This document shows positions 51,015 to 61,524 of a stretch of 64,000 bases of DNA, piece after piece. Position numbers and translations under genes: made by a program. The notes beneath the pieces were generated by a model. The model was given only the letters and a program-made list of their open reading frames with translations, searched no databases and was not told where the DNA came from. Location of the stretch: assembly GCA_026023565.1 (NCBI GenBank), contig JAPETS010000005.1, forward strand, positions 434,001 to 498,000. Reading direction: 5' to 3'. Numbering within the stretch: the first letter of the stretch is position 1; every line of letters starts with the position of its first letter. The DNA comes from Cirrosporium novae-zelandiae (lineage: Eukaryota).

Positions 51015-53023
51015 TACGTAAAGAAAAAGATGGACAAAGCAATTGATTGATTGGTTGGTTGATTATGCGATTGATTAAATGGAATAATACTCCTGCTATT
51101 TAAAGCTAGATGATGATACTTTCTAAATGAATGAGTTCATAAAAGAACCGAATGATATGAATTAATATCTACTTTTCATACAGCACACCGAAGGAAAAAG
51201 GACTGGACTAGACCTGACCAAAACGGTCTAAAATAATTACAAGACAGTCCATACAATACACATATACACAATTATACGGTAATTATTAAATTTCTTAAAT
51301 TCACAAGTTTTAATTAATACATGCTATGACAGTACATGAGTAATCTGGAGAAAAAAACCAAAAGAAAAAAACATACACATATCTATTTCCTAACAACATA
51401 CAGTACAAATAATATCACACATAGATATCTATTCCATGTATCATTTCAAGAGTAATAATAATAAAAATAACCTAAATCAATTAGTTTGGATACTTGTTTC
51501 TAGACTATTCCCCTTCTTTTCCATAAATATAAAAAGATTTTACTTGTACTATCCCATATATACTGTACATTATTGTATACTAATTAGTATCTAAATTCCG
51601 GGTGGAGTTGAGTTTTTTTCCCTATTCTCCGTTGTATTGTTACACCGACAGAAAAATCTGGGGTGTCCATTCCATGTACATGTACTGTACAAAAAAGTTG
51701 TAGCCCAGCCGCAGGTGGGCACGTGGTCAGGTTAGGTTAGGTTAGGTTTTTTTAATTAGATAGACTAGACTATGTCAAGGGTGTGTACTGTATGTTAGGC
51801 TATGTATGATACTGTATCTAATGTATAATGTACGATATATATTACTGAGGTATAGTACATGTACAATGAATGAGTGAGTGAGGGTGGAGCAGGACAGGAT
51901 ATATATCTACAAAGAACAAAGGAAGAAAAAAAAAAGAATGTGCCCATATCTTTTAATTCTGGTTTGATGCTATACCTTACTATACATCCTCCCTCCTTTT
52001 TGCTTCGCGACTCTCATCCAAACATCATTAAAACTTCATCTCATTGTATTAACGTACGTAAAAGTTAAGGGGTTTCTTTATCTAAACCCATGTTGTCCAC
52101 TAACCAAATTAATTCTCTCTCACTCACTCAATGAGACCAAAAAAAAGACAGACAAAAAAAACGAGGTACGCATTTTGCTTATGGAGACAAAGACATAAAA
52201 ATAGGGTATAGTGCAAGTTAAGTTTGTGTCCCGCCACATGATAATTTTTTTAAAAAGCAAGGAGATTTGAAGCAGAAAAGGGAAAGATGATGGAGAAGAG
52301 GGGAAAAAAAAGTTGATCTGATGAGGTGGGGGTGGTGGACTAAAAAAACTAGATTGGTAGAGAGATTTCTTATGCAGGTTGAAGTTGAAGCATGCATCAA
52401 TGGGATTTGGGACTAGATGTGGAAAGGGGAGGGAAACACAAGGTGTGGCAAGTTGTTGTCTTGTGCTGGTTTGGCCTGAGGGGTTTCTTCTTTTCTTTCC
52501 TTCCTTTTTGTCTCCCGTGAAAAAAAGGAGGGAGAAAAATAAGTCCCCGGAGAAATCAGTCGCTCGTTTTTTTATTACCAAAAGCCTTCTTGCTTCCTAT
52601 CAGGAACCAACTCCCGCTAGATCAAGAAAAGGAATGGGATGGAAATCATATGAAAATAATAGTGTTAAGAAAGGCATGTCCATGCGTGTTCTACATCCCC
52701 ACACGTGTGTGCTGTAAGGCTTGTTGGCTGACTAACATGTTAAAACAAGGGCTCCAGAGACCTTTCTTCACCAATGCATGTTGCAACTTGTAAGCTAAGC
52801 TGTCTTAGGTACGCAATACATGCTCAAGAAGCTAACTTGGCAAGCTTGAAAAAGCTCCCATGGCACACGCACTCTTTGGAGGTCATCATCAATATTAGCG
52901 GATCGAGTATGAGGTTGATCGATATGTTTAAGGTAAAAGGTGAATATGGGTTTCAGTTCTGATCATCAAAAAGGGCTAAATGGTGTTCATGAAATTTGAA
53001 CATCAGGTAAAAGCCCAAACTCA

Positions 53024-54566
53024 TCAAGTTATTCGGTAAGCATCGTAAATCACTAGACAATATTTAGTTAATTCTGGCTAGTTGATTTGTTAATTTAGGT
53101 TTTGCATACCTTCATAACCACGCCTGCATCCACTTCCAACCCACATGCCGGTATTTAGGAAAGAATATCTTTCATCTCCAGTCTCAAGAGACACTGTCAA
53201 GCGGAATTTATAGTCTCCAGGACTGACAGAGTCAGCTTGTTCAGGATCCAATAGTCTCTCAAGGACCTCTTTAGGTCCTGTTCGCCAGCCATTAGTCTTC
53301 ACTAAAATAAATGCTGGTGGGTCATCAGAGGTTTGGAGTAGGTATTTGGCTTCAAGATGTGTTGCAAGATCTTTCACCACCAGTTGCGCATCCTGGCCTC
53401 CCGGCTATGCAATGACTTAGAATGATACACAATATATATTTCAAACCCGCAATTAACTTACCAAAACCGTGCCTTTGCCCCAACGGCCAGCCCATTGGCC
53501 ACCAATAAAGCTAATCCAATTTCTGTCACCCCAGATTCCTAGACCTATAGAAATCTTGGTATTCAACGTAACACTTATGCGAAAATCTAGCTCAAGCTCT
53601 GGCTTGGGAAGGGAAACTGAGCTTGCTACAGCATCTTCAGGAAATGTATTTTCCAGATTGTTTGCAGGAATCTGCCCTTTCATTGCACTGAGATAGTTTG
53701 GACATTCTAGCAGATGTTGCCGCTGTCTGCTCGTATTCTTGGCACGAACTTGTTGACAATAGATACACTGTACTGAGAGACACTGTATACAACTGTCAGC
53801 CGTGTTGTTCTTGGATTCTGGGAACGAGACGAAATTGTACCTTGTCCTCCTCCTTCGCTCGGAACTCTACAAATGCTGCATGAACATCATCCAGGGGTGG
53901 TGCGGGAAGTGTTGCAGTAGGATTCAATTTTTGCCTCTTTCTCGAATGTTTTGGGGTGGTATTTGATCCTGGAGTTTGCTGGAAGGGTTGTGTCGGTGTC
54001 TGGAATGAAGGCTGTTGGATAGATAGAGAAGGCGCAAAGCCAGAGGATTGTGGAGGGGGAGCCCTATTCACGGTGGAGTTATGGTCGAGGAGGGCCTGTC
54101 TGAGGGTGTTTTCTGAATGTGGTGGACCAGAAGATGGTCCATTTGGAAATACAGGGCCGTTGGCAGTTGGAGCAGGCGTTGGTGTCGAGTTTCCAATTGT
54201 AGGTGTTGCTGGTGCACCAGGAGGACGCGTGGGGCCATTTGTGGTGGTGCCGTTCGTTGGTGGTCTCATGGGTACAGAGGAATTATTGGAACTGCTTGGA
54301 CCGACTGTACCTGGTATACTTGGTGGACCAGGAAGGGACTGTCGCCCTCCCATATCGCGGAGACCAGGGCATTCTTGAAGATGTTGTTTTTGTCGACTGG
54401 TATTTTTGGCGCGGACTTGTTGACAGTACAGACATTGTACTGACATACACTGTAGCTGTTAGCGCGACCAAGATCGCGTTGGTAGTGTTCCACGCACCTT
54501 GTCGTCGTCCTTTGCTTTAAACTCAACAAATGCTGCGTGTACATCAGGATCCATGGTGCGACCCAT
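53024..54566 (-). CDS. Tandem C2HC (BED-like) zinc-finger protein fused to a C-terminal DUF3237/UPF0311 beta-barrel domain (5 exons)
   Basis: Two copies of C-x2-C-x13-H-x3-C, then RNWISFIGG.W.G.WGKGTVL|PGGQD...Y.LQT.D.PPAFI...ETGDERYSFLN...VIYDAYRI, typical of DUF3237. Confidence 0.78.
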
Positions 54567-56149
54567 AGCGATGAAGTGTTGAGGCGCAAATCGTGCGGTG
54601 GTCGGATGACAAGATACTGTAAGGACGAGTACGGATACGTTGTTCTCAAAGTCGACAAGAGGGAAATGGTCTGCTGTTGACCCTCTGCGGGATGCGCGCA
54701 GTCTAAGTCGCGATCTGCCAGGATTAGAATCAATCCTTGGCTTCTCAGCTTTCGAGCTTGCGACTCGGAAGTTGCCGCGGATGCTTTTTGCAGCAAAGCA
54801 GTTCGTAAAGTCGTAACCTGTATTATGTTGGGGAAGAGAAGATGTTACAAGTACGAGTAAGAAGGTGGTTTTTGATTTCAAAAGGGATTTCCTCGGTTAC
54901 AGTGTCTAAAGTAGCCCAAGCGCCCACCAAAGGACTCAAAACCTGCCAAAACCTGCTAGTCTTTGTGGCTGTCCAATCATTTTTTTCCAATCACGAGACT
55001 GGAAAGCCACAACTGGATCCGAGCACTCGCTTAACCCGTCGCTTGACCATCATGTGCCGCCAGCCATTCCACCTTACCACTTGAGATTTATATTTGCTAC
55101 ATCAAGTAATTAATTAACAAAGAAAAAGAGGAGGAAGAAAAAGAAAAGAAAAGGATCAATAGCAATAAAAATAACAATAATAATAACCTTGATCTTTTTT
55201 CCAAGGAAAATAATAACCATGGTAACAAACAATAATTTCAAATTTGACTACCCCGTGGGTCCCCTCAATTACCTAGGTAGAGACTTGAAATTAATACATA
55301 CATGTTTTATTTCCGTTTTGAAATGTCAATTCACTTAGTCACTAACCTTGAGATAGATACCTTACATACATCTAGCAAACTATTAGACTTAAGTTTTTTG
55401 TTTTTTTTATTTTTCTTTTATTTTAGAGTCCCACGCTGAGAATTGAATGTATGCCAATACTTCACTGCCGACACTACAATAGAATCTTACACACCAAGAA
55501 AAACTGCATGGAACGTAAGCCTCCTTTGTTTCAGGTATATCAATCCCGGGCGGAACACTTGCCGTTGTGAATGTCAGCTGGACGACCTCGAAACTGTGGC
55601 ATCTGTACCTGTTTGATATAATAAATATTTAGACTACAAGACAATATGTTAGAGGTGGTGAAAGGTGTAAAATCAATTGACTGCAGAACGGCCCGGGAAC
55701 TATATTGTGTAGAGTCTCACGGTATACCTGAGATGGTCTGTGCAGAACCATAACCATAATACAAGGACCCATTTTTAAATTTTATGAAGCTGCTTGAGCC
55801 ATGAATTCCATCACAAATCGATATTGATCATCATATGAGAATCCAACTCAACGTTTCATACTACTATTATAATACATATGAATAATAGCCCCACTTTCCC
55901 TCACGAATAAGCTCAAAACAAATAGACTGTCAGTGGTGGTCAAAGAATAGGTGCCACCATGCCCGTATTGTGCTGAGCTTAAATTGCTGGGGGAATCTGT
56001 GACCGCGAAACTTTGCAGTATTCTGAGGGGAAAAAAGGTGTAGGCTAACTATGCATTCTTGCCTCCGTTATGCATAGTTTGAAAGATGACCCCTCCCAAA
56101 TTCATGAGGGGATTGATGAGTCTTGCTAGAAGGTAGGCTGCTAGGCTGG

Positions 56150-57541
56150 TTAGGACCTCGGTACGTAGCGTTTATCTTCCACCATGTCCCACAACGCCTC
56201 AAGGTCCCCTTCCAAGAAATCCATGATCCGCTGGCCTTTGTCATCTCCCCTTTTCCTGGTTCCCACTGCCCATGCCAAGATCTCTTCGTCATCAGCCAGC
56301 GGCGCCAAGGTATTCCCAAGATAGCTCAGTTCATCCGATGGATCATCATCCATTCTAAAACTAGCCAATAGCTGAACCATTCGCTCATTACATCCTTGAT
56401 GCACAATCACAGTCTTTATTTGCGCGTTTGAAGGAATCTGGCGTAGAGGTTTCTCGCAGAGAAGTGTGATCGCCTGCTCACAGCATTCGGAAATGGCATC
56501 ACTAAGTCCCTGGGTAACACTTTCAGCGTATGTGCCTACGCTGCGATCCAATATCGCCCCCCCTTTGATCACGAAACGGAGGAAATCAAGCTTTTCGTCT
56601 GTCCAAGGGCCCACGAGGATAGATTCTGGAATTGGACAGCTGATTTCTGGAAAAGTAAAGCCTTGGAGCCAGGTAGTTTTCCACTGTAATGGTAAAGGGG
56701 GAGAGGTGGCGGAATGGGAACTGGAAGGGAGTTTTTGGAGTTCTTTGATATAGAGAATACCCTCGATTGAGTCATATGATATATTGAACCTTCTAGTGAA
56801 ATTGGTGATCTGGTCATTAGGGTCATTAGAAGACCTAAAATTATTATTCCCCACGGGCTCACAGTCCAGCTCAATGCACAATGATTGAGTGTCGGATCTC
56901 ACAAGACTTATATTATTTTCAATCTCTCTGTAAAATTTCTCAAGACTTTGATAACCGTTTTCATGCATAACATAATGCTTGCGGAGATTCAGGCCCCTGA
57001 GGAAATCGGCAGTCACCTTTCGTTGAGTCCTCTGTAGGAGTGGGAGGGTACACCACCGAAAAGATAAAACAAGTCCCTGCAATAGAGCTCTGTTGTTAGG
57101 ATCATCGTCAAGAAGTCCCGCTTCGATAGGCGATACTAGAGAATTATGAGATATCTTAATATAAGGTTGGAAAACCTCTCTAATTAAGTGTATATATAAA
57201 GCTTGGCGCGATAGAGCGAACGCTATTGTCGGAGAAGCTCGTGGGAGGTTAACGTTAGGGCAGCAAAGGAAGATTTGTTCAATAATCTCGTTCGGGAGGA
57301 GCTCAAGGGACGAGAGGCGATGAGTTCTAAGAACCTTTCTAGGTGTAGGCTTTCTAGGATTCGAGCCTTTATTTGCTGTTGGTACTTTGCCGAGGCTCAG
57401 GGAAGGTGGAATCTTTGCAGTTGGACCTTGGGATGAGGAAGTGGATAGTTTCGACGGTTGGCCAGAGTTGCATTTTACGGTTATTGACTTTGGTTTGCGG
57501 GTCTTCCTCCCACGAACTCTGACGGGAGATAACATTTCCAT
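56150..57541 (-). CDS. Hypothetical protein with F-box-like motif
   Basis: Intronless ORF with basic N-terminus (RVRGRK), LSSLELLPNEIIEQIF...NVNLPRASP F-box-like segment and a helical C-terminus. Start could be 57556, 57541 or 57535. Confidence 0.6.
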   Translation of the reverse strand: MEMLSPVRVRGRKTRKPKSITVKCNSGQPSKLSTSSSQGPTAKIPPSLSLGKVPTANKGSNPRKPTPRKVLRTHRLSSLELLPNEIIEQIFLCCPNVNLPRASPTIAFALSRQALYIHLIREVFQPYIKISHNSLVSPIEAGLLDDDPNNRALLQGLVLSFRWCTLPLLQRTQRKVTADFLRGLNLRKHYVMHENGYQSLEKFYREIENNISLVRSDTQSLCIELDCEPVGNNNFRSSNDPNDQITNFTRRFNISYDSIEGILYIKELQKLPSSSHSATSPPLPLQWKTTWLQGFTFPEISCPIPESILVGPWTDEKLDFLRFVIKGGAILDRSVGTYAESVTQGLSDAISECCEQAITLLCEKPLRQIPSNAQIKTVIVHQGCNERMVQLLASFRMDDDPSDELSYLGNTLAPLADDEEILAWAVGTRKRGDDKGQRIMDFLEGDLEALWDMVEDKRYVPRS

Positions 57542-58568
57542 GATTGCTGTGAGCATACAATGATCTTCATGGGGCAAGAAAAAATGAATGGTCAATTGAA
57601 TGAAGGAAAATCGGGGAAAAATTGATGTCCGTGGTAGCAGCCACAGTAGGTGGCGGAAAGGTCAAAAAGTGTGGCGAGAGTGTGGCGTGTATGAAAACGA
57701 TGACGCAATCGATCTTTAATCCCCAAATTATCCCAAGAAGAAAGTAGTGGCATCGGCGATAATTCCATGATTCGATGAATTGAGAAATTTAGACAACTTG
57801 GCATCAGGTACAAGCTTCTGGGCTGATTTTGAGTTCCGTCATTTTGACAACATACGTACATAAATACATATAATACCTATAATACCTATTACATACAATA
57901 CATACTTTCTCATAGAACACAATTATCTACCAAGTTAATTACTTGCTTTACCGCTAAGTCTAAATTCGGCAGATTCGGAAGTTAAATTACTTCCAAGGTC
58001 ACTTACATCGCCAACCTTGATTCATAAAACTTGTTTTTTTAGATCTCAAAATGTCTGTCTAGGGCTACTAATTTCCTTGGTGTCTCATTTTGGAGGCATT
58101 GGAGACACTAAGAGGGCACAGAAGGAAACGACACCACTGCTATGACATCATTATTTCCATACCCTCGTGGCTGCTTGCAGAACCATAATTGTCTAGACTC
58201 TCCAAAGGCCTGAATGCCATAACCGATTTTGATCATTTTAATTTTCCCCTCTGTGCTTTATTGCCAGGTAAAGTTTGTAAGGAAGTGAGTGTGAAGTAAG
58301 AACAAAGGCTGTGACTTCATAGGTAGTTCATACCAATCCCACAGAAACCGCCGCCTTATTTATTGGAACCACTTCCTCACATATTCCTTTCTTCATCATA
58401 ACAAACACCAAGCAACCAAGTAAGTTCCCTTGTTGCTCAATATCCAATCATTCACTGAACTTGAGAGCCTCTCTAACAACCTCCCTTCTTTTACACAGTA
58501 TCACATCACAAATATAAACCTGCCCATATTCAAATCACCATACTAGATCTTGACCTACATTTTTCAAA

Positions 58569-58822
58569 ATGGGCGCTGTTGTCTCTTGTGTAAGTACTCT
58601 CTGATGCTTCCCATATTTACTTCTAACCCTCTCTTATAGATTCAATCTGTCTTCCGCGCCATTGGCGACTGCTTGATGGCAATTGTCAACGGCATTGGCG
58701 CAATCCTCAAAGCCATCATCAACGGCATCGTCAGTGTTTTCGACATTATTATTTCCTGCCTCACCTGTGGACGATCCGGTCGCCGTCGTCACCGTACCAC
58801 GATGAGGACGAGTACGATCTAG
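58569..58822 (+). CDS. 67-aa spliced microprotein with putative N-myristoylation/palmitoylation signal (exons 58569-58589 and 58640-58822)
   Basis: Strong start context TTCAAAATGG. Phase-0 intron 58590-58639 (GTAAGT...CTAAC...TAG). Product MGAVVSCIQSVFRAIGDCLMAIVNGIGAILKAIINGIVSVFDIIISCLTCGRSGRRRHRTTMRTSTI with C-ending codon bias. Additional 5'-UTR intron 58420-58498. Confidence 0.85.
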
Positions 58823-59073
58823 TCAAAGCAACTCTAGAGCTGACAATCTGGAGGAAAGACCCTGTAATGGATGGATGGGTGATAGGAAATGAGGCAAAGG
58901 GTCAGCTTTGAAGCTTTGATAACGTCGTGGAATGGAACTTGTGCTATGATACCCACTCCATTATGACTTTGATGATGATGTATGATCGCATGGGTTGAGA
59001 AGAGAGTTGCTTTAGCTTTACCTCTTTACTACCTTTTTCTTCCTAAATTTATATTGAATTCTGCCCAGTACTT

Positions 59074-61161
59074 TCAACCATTGGTAATAATTTTCCATAG
59101 CCCTTGAGCCTGCTTCGTAATACTCATTCCATATCCTAGTTCCACAACCCCCGTGCACATCTCCCACCCTTTGTTAATGTGTTGAATCGGATAGTCTAAC
59201 CTACCAGGGATAGATGTTTTCACTAGGCTGGGCAGCCGATCTCTGCATACTGCCTTGGTGTTGCACACGCTCCTTAAGCCTTCTTCTCCAGCAAATCGCC
59301 CGTAGCCACTCCCACTGGCTCCTCCAAACGGCAGCTGGACCGCATAATAAACTGCAAAATCATTGACGGCGATCATGCCAGCACGAAGCTCGCGCACAAC
59401 TTTATTGAGATGGGATGTGGAAGAACCAAAAACAGAAGCCCCTAAAGCGAAAGGTGTACTATTGGCAATAGATATAGCATTGTTCACACTCTTTGCGGGC
59501 ATCAGGAGGAATACAGGTCCAAAGACTTCATTTTGTGCAATGCGCATTGAAGATGTAACGTTCACCAAAAGAGTTGGCTGAAAATAGTGGCCTTTGGGAT
59601 GTTTGGGATGATTATACCGTTTACCCCCAGCTAGGAGGCGAGCTCCTTGGCTGACAGCCTCAGCTATGAGAGTTTCCAAATTATCAAAGTTGGATGCTGA
59701 TATCATGGCCCCCATGTCGATATCCTCGCCCTCACCAACATCTATAATGGAGCCTGAGCGTAGGTTTTGAATACGAGTCTGTACGAGGTCTATGATTTTC
59801 TGGTAGACTCCAGGCAGGGCGATTACCCGCTCAATTCCAATGCAATTCTGTCCTGCTGATTGAAAGACACCGCGCATGAGAATACTCGAAATGCGTTTTA
59901 TATCCTTCACGTCGTCAAGGACGATTGACGGATCTTTTCCGCCGAGCTCGGCGCATACTGGGGTTAGGCTTTTGGCTGCTGACGTGCATACGGAATGGGC
60001 AACTGGCTGGGACCCGATGAAAGTGATATGAGAAATCCCTGGATGGGAAGTGAGATGAGAAGCTACTGAAGGCCAACAGGTGAGAACCTGAACTAGCTTC
60101 TCTGAGTGACCACAAGCTGTTAAAGCTCCTCGAACAATGCTCGCAAAGAACTGTGATGACCAGGCTGTATTTTCAGAAACTTTCACTACAATACCATTGC
60201 CAGCAAAGATTGAAGAGATTATGGGACCGATAAGGTTATGAAACTGCCATTTCTTTCAGCGCTCCTCGGCGTACCTAACAAGAAGACTAGGGTTGTGAAG
60301 TCAATAATGGATAGACTCACGGGATAGCTGCGATATAGTCAGCATGGGTTTAGTTTACTCGAGTAGCGACAGACTTACTTCCAGCTCACAAGTGCCGCAA
60401 CTACTCCAAGAGGCTCCCAGAGTACCTCATTAACCTTATACATCATGAGAAAGCTTGTTGGCCTTTTTTCAGGGAGTAGAGCCTTTTCTCCATGGTTAAT
60501 CATCCACTTCAACTTCTCGACAGTCACTAGAATCTCTCCAAGCGAAGCATCAATTTTGGTCTTGCCAGAGTCAAGACAGGCCGCTATAGCGATTGTTTCT
60601 TGGTTCTCAAGGACATATCTGAAAGAACTCTGTCAGTCCTATTCTAGATGTGTGCAAGTAGACATTTCGTACTGTAAAAGTGTTTTCAAAACTCTTCGTC
60701 TCTCGGAGAAAGAAGTCTTTGACCAGGCAACCTGGGCTTCCTGAGCTTTGACAATAGCCCTATCAATACCGTCGAAAGTAGCAGGATTGACGCGGCCAAG
60801 AAAAGCTCCATTGGCCGGGCAATAACACTGGATAGAACTAGAGCCATGCACCTAAATATATGAGTATGCCTCATATATAGCATTCCTTGAAGATTCCCTG
60901 CAGATTGCGAGAAAACTGAATAGAATTTATTGTGTTCATCCGTACCTTTATTTGTGGATCATCCAAAATTTCCCCCCGCCATCCCGGTTGGCATTGCTCA
61001 GGCACACTCACGTTGTACCCAACAGCTCGCTCATCTTTATAAGAGCATATATACCACAGCCAGACAGAAGAGAGCAACAGCACTAAGGTCCCAGCCACGG
61101 CAAATTGGGCGTTGATTTCAGCAGAAAGTACATCTAGTACATTGTTGAGGTCCATGGTCAT
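59074..61161 (-). CDS. MSC7: Msc7-like aldehyde dehydrogenase with N-terminal membrane anchor (5 exons including a 7-nt microexon)
   Basis: N-terminal TM helix, IQCYCPANG, WEPLGVVAALVSWNYPFHN, ITFIGS, ELGGKDP, catalytic SAGQNCIG, EVFGP and LPFGG..GSGYGRF. Confidence 0.9.
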
Positions 61162-61524
61162 TGGCACTTTGGAGGGGTTGATGAGAAGTGACTTCGGGAA
61201 ATTCTATTCAGCGTGCCGATCCACCAACGTCGAGCTGTGGCAGGGGTGCGGAATCGTCAATAGCATAAATTTATACTTTAAAGTACTAGGCAGGCAACTA
61301 GGCTTGGCATATTTAATCGACGGCGCTATTTCTGAATTCTCTAAGAATGTTTTATTGCTAGCAAATTGGCATATCAAGCCTATATATGCAACTGTAAACA
61401 AGAAGATATAGTATCCCCCTTGTCAGGCCATGCCCATAGAACTGTGCAACTGACTACAACTGTCAGTAAAGAACAGGCTCTAGTATGGCTATATACAAAG
61501 AATTGCAGCTCATTCAGTGTCCAG

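Noticed and set aside
51729..51747. (GTTAG)n run as an interstitial telomeric repeat
   Set aside because: Only about three pentamer units (TTAGG, not TTAGGG); a simple microsatellite.
52541..52550. AAGTCCCCGG resembling RNase MRP conserved region I
   Set aside because: Lacks the preceding GAA and a convincing CR-V partner. The CCCC is explained by the local hairpin with GGGG at 52480.
52120..52717. ORFs 52120-52581 (-) and 52379-52717 (+)
   Set aside because: Non-ATG starts with Phe/Lys-rich translations of homopolymer tracts; not protein-like.
52711..52723. GCTGTAAGGCTTG resembling the 5' end of fungal SRP RNA
   Set aside because: One base short of the GCTGTAATGGC consensus, and no helix-8 motif downstream.
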